The notes below the pieces were generated by a model that saw only the letters and a list, made by a program, of their open reading frames with translations, was not told the origin of the DNA and made no database searches. The translations under genes and the position numbers were made by a program. DNA of 64,000 nucleotides from a virus, in the IMG/VR virus record IMGVR_UViG_3300048588_001019, positions 16,486 to 80,485 of that record. One strand, written 5' to 3'. This document shows positions 18,732-29,976 of this stretch, in pieces; the first letter of the stretch is position 1, and the number at the start of each line of letters is the position of its first letter.

Positions 18732-19795
18732 AGCTGCCTCTAAAAACTCTTTTCTACATGTTATCTTATGCTGGCAACATGCTCGATGAAGCTGATGCGA
18801 TTGATCTTGAGCTGTCCGACGACTGTGGTGCAAACGATTTGCTCGCAGATATACTTTGTGGCGGAATAGAGCTGCTGATCCGACGTGGAATGAGTCAATC
18901 CTATCTCGAATACTTGGAGAAAACAGCAACACCAAGAGGGAAGATTGACTTTTCTGCAACGATAAATTCCTCGGCGCTTCAAGTTGGGCAACTCATTTGT
19001 GCAGTGGAATGTTTGTCTTTGAATTCAATCAAACACCAAATTTTGAAAGAGTCACTATATCTCTTATGCGCTAAGGGCCTGCTTTCTAGCAAAATTAGGA
19101 AACGGGTTGAGCATGTTTTGCATGCGTTGAGTGAAGTCGATCGCATAATGCTGAGTGAGCAGATTTGTCTTGATGCTCTAAGGGAGCCTGCACAGCCAAT
19201 TTATCGCTTCCTACTAGAAATTTCATTCCTGATATTTGTGTCGTCAAAAGTGGGTGATGCAGGATCAGAAGTAAAACTTGTTGATTTTACCCAAAATGAT
19301 CGTCTGATGCGAAGAGTTTATGAAGCATTTGTCAGAAATTTCTTTAGATATGAAACCGACTTCCTAATCCAGGGGCGCCAGACTCCATGGCAGAACCTAC
19401 TTGCTAGGGGGTCTAAGGCCGATCTGAAGCTCTTTCCAAAGCTTGAGGCTGACATTAGATTGGCTAGTAAGGATGGTGCACGCAGAATCATTATTGAAAC
19501 AAAGTATATGTGGAGGCATTTTCAGATATACAAAGAAAAGAAATCGTTTATATCAGCTCATTTAAATCAGCTCTTTGCTTATTTAGCAAATTTCCAAATT
19601 CAAGATCCCGGTCCGATGTATGAGGGAATTCTTCTGTACCCTACAAACGGAGAAGTGAGCTTTAACCACTCGTATAATCTTCATGGATTCACGCTAAGAA
19701 TCGCTACAGTAAACTTGTTTCAATCGCCTATGGAAATTGAAGAAGAACTTCTTGGTATAGCGAATTGTGAAAAATCAATACGCAGGGTTTCATAA
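18728..19795 (+). CDS. mcrC: McrC-family nuclease subunit
   Basis: Overlaps mcrB; LFYMLSYA, RGKID, YEAFV, ADI...IIIETKY, QLFAY, GILLYP motifs. Confidence 0.92.
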   Translation: MKLPLKTLFYMLSYAGNMLDEADAIDLELSDDCGANDLLADILCGGIELLIRRGMSQSYLEYLEKTATPRGKIDFSATINSSALQVGQLICAVECLSLNSIKHQILKESLYLLCAKGLLSSKIRKRVEHVLHALSEVDRIMLSEQICLDALREPAQPIYRFLLEISFLIFVSSKVGDAGSEVKLVDFTQNDRLMRRVYEAFVRNFFRYETDFLIQGRQTPWQNLLARGSKADLKLFPKLEADIRLASKDGARRIIIETKYMWRHFQIYKEKKSFISAHLNQLFAYLANFQIQDPGPMYEGILLYPTNGEVSFNHSYNLHGFTLRIATVNLFQSPMEIEEELLGIANCEKSIRRVS

Positions 19796-19802
19796 TTGCA
19801 GG

Positions 19803-20621
19803 CTAAGCAGAAATCTGGTGTTTGCCTTTTACCATTGAATTCGAAAGATTTCTCATATTTGCATAAATTCTAATGCCATCGTTGCTCTGAGCGAGGTATC
19901 CAGAGGAAAGGGCCGATTTAAGTGTCAAGTCTAATGGTTCATTTGAAAGGAAGAGCGATACAGCTGTGTTGGTCCACTTTAGGTCATTAAGCGAATATTC
20001 GAAAGTTGTATCCACTGTTGAGCTGAATTGGCTATCACCCAAGCATAGTCCATACGCTAGTGCCTGGGGGGCAATTTCACCATGGCGACGCATCTCGACC
20101 ACAACTGTTGATTCGTTTGCTTTTATCGTAGCTAGGTCAGATCCAAGGCGAGCTTCCTTTAGCCATCTCGCTAACGGCCCTCGGGATGTATTATCGACGC
20201 CTTTTGAAATCCATGCAAAAAACATGCTTTCAAACCTTGGACCGAAAACTACGAGTTCACCTTGTGACCGTGTTACTTCGCGATAGAGCCCGCGTATTGC
20301 TTCGAGAGCTTTAGCAGTGCCGAATACATAATCAATCCACAAACATTGCCTGAGAGCAAGTGAGTCTTTGCCTGCTAGTAATGCGATTGGATATACTTCA
20401 CGATCTGCCTTTGGTAATGACAGCCATAAAAAAAAGCGGCGTACAAAAGCGTCCCTGGAGCGCGAATCGCCCAAGTCTTCTGGATGGTCTTTAAGTAAAG
20501 CGATTGAAGTGCGTAAGTCAATCCCCTCATTTATTTCCTCATGTTGCCAGATAGTTTTCCAGTGCTCTAGAAGATGGAAAACTGAAGAATAATGAGTTTT
20601 TTTTCCAAACGAGTCAGCCAT
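19803..20621 (-). CDS. Hypothetical protein with BrxA/DUF1819-like features
   Basis: 272 aa co-transcribed after the methylase; C-terminal pattern APQALAYGL...SLFLS...L..ALSSGYL recalls BrxA-type winged-helix proteins (by eye). Confidence 0.4.
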   Translation of the reverse strand: MADSFGKKTHYSSVFHLLEHWKTIWQHEEINEGIDLRTSIALLKDHPEDLGDSRSRDAFVRRFFLWLSLPKADREVYPIALLAGKDSLALRQCLWIDYVFGTAKALEAIRGLYREVTRSQGELVVFGPRFESMFFAWISKGVDNTSRGPLARWLKEARLGSDLATIKANESTVVVEMRRHGEIAPQALAYGLCLGDSQFSSTVDTTFEYSLNDLKWTNTAVSLFLSNEPLDLTLKSALSSGYLAQSNDGIRIYANMRNLSNSMVKGKHQISA

Positions 20622-20636
20622 TCATCGGCTCCCGGA

Positions 20637-21812
20637 TCAAATTGACCGCTTTAGTGACATTCTTTTGGAATCCAGTCCTTGAAGAAACTCTAGAAGACTT
20701 CTTGCGTATGCCTCAGCTAATCGCACTGGCACTGCGTTACCAACTAAGCGATGTTGTGTTGAAATGCTTCCTCGGAAAATAAAATTATCGGGGAAACTTT
20801 GCAGTCTCGCAGCTTCTCTGGGTGTCACTCGCCTAGCGGGAACTGGAGATGTGTAAACATCTTTTTTTGTATACTTTTCGCTTTCAATGGGTGATGCGCC
20901 TTGATCGGTATAGCGAAGGTCAGGTGCAAGTACTCCACCTAGCGAGGGGTTGGTATCTGCGGGTATAGTTTGAGATGGTAAATAAGGGTCTGGTTTTGGA
21001 AATAGTCTAGGGCTTCTATACTTTGCAGGATTATCTAATATTCTTTGGAGGCGTTCTGGAAGTGTATCTCTGGGAGCATCTCTGAAACAGCCGCCATTGG
21101 GTACATGACGCATAAATGCTTGTACGCTCAGAGGAAGAGACTTGTAGATATGTGCGTTAATTATAGGAGTAATGTCAAGGGAGCCCTCAGGATCTTGCTT
21201 TACTGGGGGAGGAAGATTTCCAATGGCGTCCAGAATCGATTTATCTGACTTTTTGACTTTGCATGCTTTTGCTGATGAGATGTCGTAGTCAACTGTTATA
21301 TCGTTGCGAACTCCAACAATGATTAAGCGCTCACGACGTTGCGCGACACCAAAATCGACGGCATTTGCGATACTCACATTAATCCGATATCCTGCAGAAG
21401 TAAATGCTGCCTTTACTTCATCTAGAGCCATTGCCTGCATTCCACGGACATTTTCCATCAAGAACATTCGAGGTTGTTTGCGTTTAACAATTTGTACAAA
21501 ATTAAGATACAGTTTATTTCTCGGATCATCTAGAAACTGTCGGCCGGCAAAGGAGAAGCCTTGACAAGGGGGGCCGCCTACTATTACTTCGCTCCAAGGA
21601 AGATCATCAATTGCCAATTCGCGGTCAGCTAAGTCAAGACTTTTATTAAGTATATCACTGCCGCCAAACAGTTTGGCGTTGGCCTTGTATGTTTCAACAG
21701 CAGGTTTCCAATTGTCAATCGCGGACACAATATGAAATCCTGCCTGTACGAAACCAAGATCCATACCGCCGCAGCCGCTGAACAAGGATAGTACTGAGCG
21801 ACGCATAGACAT
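20637..21812 (-). CDS. DNA (cytosine-5)-methyltransferase
   Basis: LFSGCGG (motif I), GPPCQGFS (IV), ENV (VI), QRRER (VIII), REAARLQSFPD, GNAVP (X). Confidence 0.95.
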   Translation of the reverse strand: MSMRRSVLSLFSGCGGMDLGFVQAGFHIVSAIDNWKPAVETYKANAKLFGGSDILNKSLDLADRELAIDDLPWSEVIVGGPPCQGFSFAGRQFLDDPRNKLYLNFVQIVKRKQPRMFLMENVRGMQAMALDEVKAAFTSAGYRINVSIANAVDFGVAQRRERLIIVGVRNDITVDYDISSAKACKVKKSDKSILDAIGNLPPPVKQDPEGSLDITPIINAHIYKSLPLSVQAFMRHVPNGGCFRDAPRDTLPERLQRILDNPAKYRSPRLFPKPDPYLPSQTIPADTNPSLGGVLAPDLRYTDQGASPIESEKYTKKDVYTSPVPARRVTPREAARLQSFPDNFIFRGSISTQHRLVGNAVPVRLAEAYARSLLEFLQGLDSKRMSLKRSI

Positions 21813-22165
21813 CGTTTTCTTCCTGTCAAGAATTCTGAAAGTAGCTTTGCTATTTCATTCTATCATCAACGGAATGCTAAGAAAGGAAGTGGGCATTTTA
21901 TTCCTACTGTTTATGCTTGGCTTTGTGTGGTGCGTTAGAAGGAATTGATTGTTTCGATTCCGTAATTGACTGAAAGGAAAAGCAAAATTTAAAGGCAGCC
22001 TTAAACGTTTCACGCATATAGTCGTGGAGCTCAAGGACACGATGAATTAGCCCTCTTCCTGTGCGCTACGCTGAACTTCGCCCGAGAATAAGCCATTTGC
22101 TGGATGCCTGTTTTTTAAAGAATGTTTTGGATTTGGCGATGATGGTGCAAGAGAATAAGTATTAA

Positions 22166-22317
22166 GGGTCCTTCCTTGGGCTATATTTGCAAGGTTGACG
22201 ATCAACCGCCCGCTCCCGCTTGGTTTCAAAAAAAATTTGCGTCACCGGCACCACTTGCCTTCGTGAACGTCTTCAGCTGAAAGACTTCCAGATTAATTCC
22301 TGGTAAATTTGTGGACA
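22166..22317 (+). repeat. Second copy of the prophage cos-like packaging region
   Basis: GGGTCCT at 22166, dyad GGTTGA-CGA-TCAACC at 22193, then about 125 bp nearly identical to 43810-43933. Confidence 0.85.
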
Positions 22318-22429
22318 CTGCGTCTACCTGCTGGATGCTTTGAGTGGACAGAGAATGCTCGGTTGAGCCAAACACCGGGACGTCAAAAGCAATCGGCCTG
22401 ATAGCCATGGCGCTGCTACGAAGGCTAGT

Positions 22430-22603
22430 GATAAGCGCAGAGGAGGTCCTGCAGTGTTGCAGTTGAATACGATGATTCAACAGAGGCTCTGATTATCCGC
22501 AACACCTGGAGGTGAGGATTGGGGCGAATACGGCTATGGATACCTGCACTATGCCTTCATCGAGCATCCGAAGCGGTCCGGAGATTTCTGGACCATCCGT
22601 TAA
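22430..22603 (+). pseudogene. Degenerate C1 (papain-like) cysteine peptidase 3' remnant
   Basis: Frameshifted translation GGPAV..AVEYDDSTEALIIRNTW/GEDWGEYGYGYLHYAFIEHPKRSGDFWTIR* matches GGHAV.AVGYDD...IRNSWG..WG..GY...DFWTIR. Confidence 0.7.
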
Positions 22604-23064
22604 ATCTGTCGAGGCCTGTATGCTGATAATCGTTGTGATTGACGACAATCGTACTGACAACTGGTCAGTGGCTGAGATGATCGAGGAGATCAATCGTCTC
22701 AGGCAGGCTTTGAATCAAACGACTCAGCAGGCAACCAAATCCCTCAAGGCAGACATGCAATCCCGTTTCACCCTGCGCAAAAACTGGGCTCAAAAAGGGA
22801 TTCGATTCGATCGGGCAAATCAGGATAGTCTTCAGTCCCGGGTCTTCTCAATAGATCCCTGGCTTGTGAAACAGGAGGAGGGCGAGACGTATAAGCCCTC
22901 TGGCCATGTTGCGATCCCGAAAGCGGCCCGTCTGTCAGATAAGTCCCTTATTCCGAGCTCCATGTTTCCAAATGCTTTGCGCGGCCGTAAGGATGTCTTC
23001 GCATTCGACTTCTCGAAGAACTTATCCTGGAAGCCTTGGAGTTGCCCCCGGCAAAACATACACA

Positions 23065-23817
23065 TCAATCAGCTGATATAGTTCGGCGATATTCTCGCGG
23101 TGACATCATCTTTAGGCCCTTGTGCGGGGCGTTTTCGTTGTAATCTTCAAACCATGCCGGCAGTTGACAGAGGATATCCTCTTCAGACTTCAGGTCACTA
23201 AGATAGGCGTAATCGCGCTTGAAAGTCTTGACGAACGCTTCGGCCATTCCATTGCTTTCAGGGCTATAAGGGGCTGTTGTGCAGACTTCAAAGCCAAGTC
23301 GCCTGCCGAATTCAACCGTGTCCCTGGCAACGTAACAAGGCCCATTGTCGCTGAGCCACTGCAGGGCGCGAGGAACTCTGGTCAGGCCTTGAAATCTCTT
23401 CTCAAGCGCTTCAGTCATGAGATCCCGGATCATTTCACCGGAGATGCCCTTCGTTGATGCGATCCAGGTTATGACTTCGCGATCGTGGCAGTCAAGTACA
23501 AACGCGATTTGAACGAGATCTCCGTTCCAGCAGCGCAGCCCGAAGGTATCTGAACACCATCGCAGATTGCTTTTCAGAGTAATGATTTTGCCATCATGAG
23601 TGCGGGTTGGTCTTGTTCCGTGCCTAGCCAATAGCATCCCGCTGGCCTTCATTATTCGATAAACCCGCTTGTGATTGACGGACTGGAATCCTGACGACTG
23701 AAGCTCCTTGGAGAGAAGTCGGGTTACGCGTCGATAACCATAGGACGATTTACGGGAGACAATTTCCTTGATCAAAGGCAATAGGCGAGCATCGTCAGCT
23801 CTTTGAACTGGCTTCAT
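23065..23817 (-). CDS. IS3-family transposase OrfB (DDE)
   Basis: YGYRR, NHKRVYR, WCSD, SDNG, NGMAEAFVKTFK. Confidence 0.95.
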   Translation of the reverse strand: MKPVQRADDARLLPLIKEIVSRKSSYGYRRVTRLLSKELQSSGFQSVNHKRVYRIMKASGMLLARHGTRPTRTHDGKIITLKSNLRWCSDTFGLRCWNGDLVQIAFVLDCHDREVITWIASTKGISGEMIRDLMTEALEKRFQGLTRVPRALQWLSDNGPCYVARDTVEFGRRLGFEVCTTAPYSPESNGMAEAFVKTFKRDYAYLSDLKSEEDILCQLPAWFEDYNENAPHKGLKMMSPREYRRTISAD

Positions 23818-23888
23818 AGCGGTCTCTTCCTGATTGAGACGATGGATTAAGTTTGAACGGGATACTTCGAGAGTGTCAGAGATTCGCT

Positions 23889-24278
23889 TTACTCGAAATC
23901 GTCCACCCCTTGCAATGGCATGCGCGAGATCAGTTTTTTTTCACGACCGATTCGGACGGCTTCCTTAAGAATCTCAACCTCTTCAGTCTTGCGTCCAAGA
24001 AGGCGTTCAAGCCGCTTGACGCGGTCCTCGAGCTTCTTCATTTCGCTCTCTGGAATCACACGCTCCTCGGATCCCACACCTGTCAAAGCTCCATTTTCCA
24101 TCGCTCGCCTCCAACTGAAGAGCTGGTTGGGAGCTATACCATGCTTGCGGGCAACCAAGGAAACCGACATTGCGGGTTGGTAAGTCTCATCCACGATTGC
24201 CTTTTTCTCTTCGGGGGACCAGCGACGACGACGTTGGGGACTGGTCAGAACTTCAACCCGGGACTTGGTGTTAGTCAT
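23889..24278 (-). CDS. IS2-like transposase OrfA (HTH)
   Basis: RRRRWSPEEK...SVSLVARKHGIAPNQLFSWRR. Confidence 0.93.
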   Translation of the reverse strand: MTNTKSRVEVLTSPQRRRRWSPEEKKAIVDETYQPAMSVSLVARKHGIAPNQLFSWRRAMENGALTGVGSEERVIPESEMKKLEDRVKRLERLLGRKTEEVEILKEAVRIGREKKLISRMPLQGVDDFE

Positions 24279-24679
24279 AGTGTTGGTCTTACTCCTAGTT
24301 GTTAGGAGCTGACCGAAGTGTATGGTCTAAACAGGGGCTACTACAAGCCTTATCATCATAATGGAATTTTTCAGCGGCTGAGGGGCAGCAAACATTTGCG
24401 GTTTCTCTATCTGCTCAAAGACAAAAAGACGACGTTAGCACGCTGGCAATTCAGCGAGCAGGTAGAGGGCGTGGTCGATGAATACTTCGAAAAATACTCT
24501 GCAATGGAAGTGGAATTAGTCGCGGACCGCAAAGCTTATTCTAAATGGGAGAGGATATAAACGACGGTAGTTCTAACTGAGAAACGAAAGGTTAATCAAG
24601 AAGATTAGGCCACACATCTAACCCTGGAATGTAAGACGTGTGGCACTCTGAATTCAAATTTCCGAACTTAGAATGACTT

Positions 24680-24871
24680 CTAGTCGATTTTATCGACAGA
24701 ATTCATTGATTCGGGACGCATCGGAGTAGATGAATTGATTCGCATATTAGTGTGTGGACGTTCAGGATCAGTTTTTCCAATTCCTTTAGGGGCGCGAAAA
24801 TACCATATAATAAAGAGTACAACGCTTAGAATCACACCCAATCCAATTAATATCTGATAAATATCTGACAT
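24680..24871 (-). CDS. Small single-TM protein, candidate immunity for the Rhs C-terminus
   Basis: 63 aa, 29 nt downstream of the Rhs stop, GGGAG RBS, one N-terminal TM helix. Confidence 0.55.
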   Translation of the reverse strand: MSDIYQILIGLGVILSVVLFIIWYFRAPKGIGKTDPERPHTNMRINSSTPMRPESMNSVDKID

Positions 24872-27800
24872 ACTCTTAGCTCCCTAACAGATCTTTGAAG
24901 TTAAGTATTCGGAACAGGCCCTGGTATGGGAATTCTTGGCGTGGAGGGCGGTACAACGCTTGGACTCGGAATTAAAATCGGCCCTCTCGGATAACCATAA
25001 TATTTTTCGTCTACAGGTTCGCCTGGATTTGTCAAAACGGGTACTTTAGGGCCATATGTAGGCTGTGCGTTGCGAATATTTTCAATGGCTTGATCCAGTT
25101 CAGTTTTAGTCTTGATTTGTTTCATAACGTCTTTGACGGCTTCCCCCATGGGTCCATAATTGGGCGAATATCGAGGAACAGGGGGTAATGGACGTGCAGA
25201 CGGCACCATCGGAATACATTGCATCCCATCCGGATCTATTTTGTTAATTGGGTCATTGTCCGCATACACATAAAAATTGGAGCCTGCATCAAACCGAAGT
25301 GGGTCTTTGTTCAACCATCTTCCTATTGAAGGGTCGTAGTCTCGTGCTCCGAACTTGATTAGACCAGTTTCTCCGTCATAAATTCCACCTGCAAATCCAA
25401 ACGGTTGAAAACCGGGGTTGGAGTCACTCAAAACGTTACCCCACATATCATAAACAATCTTTTGAACAATCTCACCATTTTCTGAATTGATTACATATAT
25501 AGGACTGCCGACATGATCATGTATGATACGATAAGTTACATTATTTTTTATGATCAAGTCTGGACTATTGGTTTTTGTTCCGTAAACAAAGGTCGCGCTA
25601 ACTGAACCGTCTTCTGCAAGTTGAGCCACTGGCCTAAGAGCATCTTGGTAGAGAAATGCATATGTGAAGATTCCATTGACTTTACGACTCAGCCTGTGAT
25701 TTTCCGTGTCCGTATCATATGCTACCGTACTCCCAGAGGAGTCAGTTACTGAAAGCAAATTTCCCACAGCATCGTAATTGTAGGAGATCTTTCTTCCACT
25801 TGGGTCAGTCTTTTCTTCGAGATTTCCATTCAAGTTGTATTTATAGACCCATTCGCTTGAGGATACTAAGCGATCGTGGCTGTCATATTGCTCTCCTTTC
25901 CCTTTTTGAAAGCGATTTCCGTTCGCGTCGTAACTGTAGGATGCAATTAGAGTTCCGTTAGATCTTTCAGATATCAACTGGCCAATAGCGTCGTATCCAA
26001 ACTTCTTGAGTTCAACTCCATTTGGATCCGAGCTCTCTCTTGAGACTATATTTCCAAGAAGGTTGCGTGTATAGACCTGTTTATTTAGCTGAATGCCATT
26101 CGAGCTAGTCTCTTGAGAAATGAGCTCTCCGAAATTATTATAGGTCATAGCTGTTGTAACAACTCCAACCGAGCTGGAACTGATAAGGCCATTAATTTCG
26201 GATCTATTGATAGTCAAAGTATTTGCGCTAACAATTTCGTTTTCTGTATTGTAGGTATAGCTAACCGCTGGTTGCCCATTTACTGAGATCGAAGACAGAG
26301 TATAGTAAGGAGTCCACGACAGGTTTACTTTTCCTTTCACGGGGCCATTCCACTCTCTTCCAGTAATTAGACTGCCGTCGTATTCATAACTCAAAAATTG
26401 TTCACCGGATTGAGCATAAATCAATCTATCGGTGGCGATGTCATACTGAAAGGTTTGAGCGACTGACTTACCTTGCACTGAGTATAATTTCCCGACTGTT
26501 TGATCATATCCCATTACAATGGCAGTGCCATCAGGTTGATTAATTCTGATAGGTTCATCGTCCAGCGAGTATTCCCAACTCCATGTAGGTCTGTCACTAC
26601 CGAGCCGGGGCTCGAGAGATTGACTGAGGAGATTTTTCTGATCGAATGTAAAATCATAGGTCTTATCGATAGGGACAGAAACTTGGGTTCTATTACCGTT
26701 GTTATCGAATTGCATCTTCACAACTTGACCATTCGCTAGAGTTTGCGAAGTGAGGCGACGATTAGCATCATATGCAAATTGTGTGGTTTGGCCCAAAGGG
26801 TTACTTAGAGATGTCAATAGGCCTGTACTATCGTAGGTTAATGTATAGGTCCGGGGTCCACGTGTAATCGATGTTAGTTGACCTCTCTCGTTATAGGTAT
26901 TCAAAGTTGCTGCTAGCCCGCCTGAAGTTATTTTTGTTGGATCGCCTTTATTATTAAGTGCAATGGTTGTTTTTCTGCCACTTGGGCTGACAATCGTATA
27001 CTGCATGTTTGCCTTCGAGAATCTCGTCCTGGTGATTCCAAGGCCCAGTTTGTTGAAAGTTTTATTGAAAACGATGAGGCTAAGAGGGTTTGTAGCATCC
27101 TCATAATTAGCTGCCTCAGAAATGGTTGTTTGCGCTGTCAGGCCTGAAGGAAGTCTTTCTATGATGTTACTTAAAAAAACTCTTTGGGGGAAAAGTGGAC
27201 TGGATTTGTAATCCATGCTTGTCTCTGTCCCATCCCTTGTTCTGGATATCTTTTGTTTGCCATTGATAGATGACCTTAGAATATTGCCGCGATCATTTTC
27301 GTGATTTCGCACGATAGTGTCTGTTGTTCCATCGTGATTACTGACAGTTTGGAAGTAACGATTGCGGTTCAGTGGAGAGGTGACTCGTATTTCTTCCATA
27401 TACGGGCTGGTATTGCTGAATGTTCTACTTGAAGTGCTTTCAACGAATTTTCTGATTAGTCCTTTCGCATCGGTAGTCTGGCTTAAAAGCCCCTGGCTGT
27501 CATAGGTATATACTTTGGTCGAATTGTTGGGGTATGTGTAGGTTAGCATCAGGCCCAGGCTTGGTCCTTCGCCATATGTAAACTTAGTGATGTTTCCGAC
27601 AGGATCCTGTAGATCATAGATATAGCCGTTCTCATTTATGTTGACTTTTGTTAGCTCACCGTGAGGACTTAGAATACCTGTCAGTTGCCCAGTCGCTGAT
27701 CGCTGCAGAGTCGTAGTGTTGCCATATTTGTCTGTGATGCTAATAAGTCTGTTTAAATCGTCGTGTTCAAAGATTGTTGTAGCGATGTTGGATATTGCAT

Positions 27801-28879
27801 CAAATGTCTTGAGGTGGAGCCCTCTTGGTGAGAACAAATAGATTTCAGTGGCGTCACTGGACGGAATGTAGATATTGCCTTCAGCGTCAGTTTTCCAAAC
27901 TGGAGTTGTGTTGAGGTTTAGAAGCGGCATCCTTTGTCCAAAGCCCGTAAACACAAGGTTGCTTGCGCTGTCAAAGCTGTGATAGTGACTTATTGACCAC
28001 CCTCCTAAATTGAAGCGGTCAGAGTAGGTACTATTGTTCATTACAAATCTAAATAGCTTGGCGATGGTTCCATTTCCGTCACCGCCAGGATTGAATTCCG
28101 TTTTTATTACAATCCGAGTTGTTCCTTGAACGGAGCCTTTCACAAGCTGACCTGCAGCATCAAGGCCGTCCCAAACGACCCTTTGTGAGACTGAGTCGCT
28201 CTCTTGTATGTAAGTCCTGTTTATCGGTATGCTTTTGGAATAGGTTCGGTCGCCAATTTTTGTAATAAAATTAACTTTCAGAATCTTGCCATAGTGGGGC
28301 TGCGGATAGAACTGTCTAATTGATTTTGTGACGATTCGGTCGGCATAGGAACCGCCGATTGTATTTCGTGAGGAGTAGGTGAGCGAGTACGGAGTACCGA
28401 CGATTTCATAGCTCTGACTCACACTTCTATCTCTACATTCTATCTTTGATCCAGACACACTTGTGGGTAAGTCTGAGGTCCCGTCGCACGAGCCTCCTTT
28501 AGGCATTGGATCGCCTGGGCCAGAGCCACCACCCGAGCCGGAGTCATCGTCGCCGCTATCACCAACAGCTGGAGTATCTTCAAAACAGACGGGATCTGTT
28601 GGATGTTGCGGGCAATAGTCTGTTCTAACTTGAGCTCTAAACTCTTCAAGAGGTGTACTCTCGTTGCCATCAGAGTAGCAGCTCTCCGATCCGCCGCCAG
28701 AAAATTTGCAGTACTGAAACCTATAGGTCGATCCGCACTCAAATGGCACCGATGATCGCGAATCATAGTTCTTAGACGCATCTGTTGCGCATGACCAAGT
28801 AGACCAAGTTGGGATACCTGTTCCGGATTCTTTGTATGTCCCGAGCATACCCCTGTTTTTCTTCCAGAAAGAAATTGAA

Positions 28880-29659
28880 TCAGCCTGCTAGACGTAATCC
28901 CTTTGTCTCTGCAAATTTGCTTGGCGTCATTCCTCCCAGAGAGGTGTGAGGCCTTCTTTCGTTGTAATCGATCCGCCAGTCTTCGATGATGCCTCGGGCA
29001 TCTTTCAGATTCGAAAACCAGTACATGTTCAGGCATTCATCCCGAAGGCGTCCATTAAAGCTCTCGATAAACGCGTTCTCGTTTTTCTCTCCAGGGCTTG
29101 CGAAGTGAAGCCTAACTCCGTTGTCCAAAGCCCATTTTGTGAGAGCTTTGCTGATGAATTCCGGGCCCTGGTCAACGCCGATTTCCTCCGGCAATCCCCG
29201 TTCGGCTTTCAACTTCTCCAGGACGCGAACAACGCGATGCCCGGAAAGGGATGTATCAATTTCCATCGCTGGACACTCGCGCGACCATTCGTCGATGATC
29301 GTGAGAATCCTGAACGACCGACCGCTTGCAAGATTGTCGTGCACGAAGTCCATCGACCAACGGGAATTGGCTTTGGTAAGCGGCGGCAGCGGGTTCTCGG
29401 GCTTATAAACCCGACGCTTTGGCTTTCGCTTCTTGAGCTGCAACCCGTTTCCATAATATATGCGCTCGGTGCGCTTATGATTTTTGACAAGGCCTTCACT
29501 TCGCAGTACGAGGTGTACGCGGGGGCATCCGAATCGCGGACGCTCTTCGAGCAGATTCTTCATCCTATCAAGGATTTGGTGGTCCTCGGCCGGCTTTTTC
29601 TCATATCGAACGGTGGAACGGTCTGCGCCCACTATCTTACAGGCCCGACGCTGGCTCAT
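28880..29659 (-). CDS. IS407-group transposase OrfB
   Basis: WSMDF, DQGPEF, NAFIESFNGRLRDECLN. Confidence 0.95.
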   Translation of the reverse strand: MSQRRACKIVGADRSTVRYEKKPAEDHQILDRMKNLLEERPRFGCPRVHLVLRSEGLVKNHKRTERIYYGNGLQLKKRKPKRRVYKPENPLPPLTKANSRWSMDFVHDNLASGRSFRILTIIDEWSRECPAMEIDTSLSGHRVVRVLEKLKAERGLPEEIGVDQGPEFISKALTKWALDNGVRLHFASPGEKNENAFIESFNGRLRDECLNMYWFSNLKDARGIIEDWRIDYNERRPHTSLGGMTPSKFAETKGLRLAG

Positions 29660-29709
29660 GCCGAAGGCTTCCTGGACAAGCTCAACGGCTTTGCGCTCCT
29701 CGTCAGGCC

Positions 29710-29976
29710 CTAGAACTTTTTTTCGAGGAGAAACTTGATGGCTTGGATGTCAAGTGCCTGATCCGCCACGATTTGCTTCAATCGACGGTTTTCATCTTCC
29801 AGTGCCTTAAGCTTCTGGGCTTCTGAGACTTCCAGGCCTCCGTATTTGGCCTTCCACTTGTAAAAAGCCTGCTGGCTGATACCAAGGTCGCGGCAGATGT
29901 CCTGAACCTTCTCGCCCGCTTCCTGGCGCTTCAGAGCTTTGATAATTTGTTCTTCCGTGAAACGACTCTTCTTCAT
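29710..29976 (-). CDS. IS407-group transposase OrfA
   Basis: MKKSRFTEEQII...WKAKYGG...LEDENRRLK. Confidence 0.95.
   Translation of the reverse strand: MKKSRFTEEQIIKALKRQEAGEKVQDICRDLGISQQAFYKWKAKYGGLEVSEAQKLKALEDENRRLKQIVADQALDIQAIKFLLEKKF

Larger units (their letters stand above)
23037..24345 (-). mobile_element. IS3 family (IS2 group) insertion sequence, 1309 bp
   Basis: Imperfect IRs TGGAGTTGCCCC / TGTAGTAGCCCC; 5-bp TSD AGCCT (23032-23036, 24346-24350); orfA + orfB with an A-run slippery site near 23934-23941. Confidence 0.95.
22677..24560 (+). pseudogene. Phage minor-tail/gpZ-like gene interrupted by IS3-family element
   Basis: Removing IS 23037-24345 and one AGCCT restores ...NLSWKPYHHNGIFQRLRG...; ALNQT...F and GIFQR motifs recall gpZ-like phage proteins. 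Confidence 0.6.
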
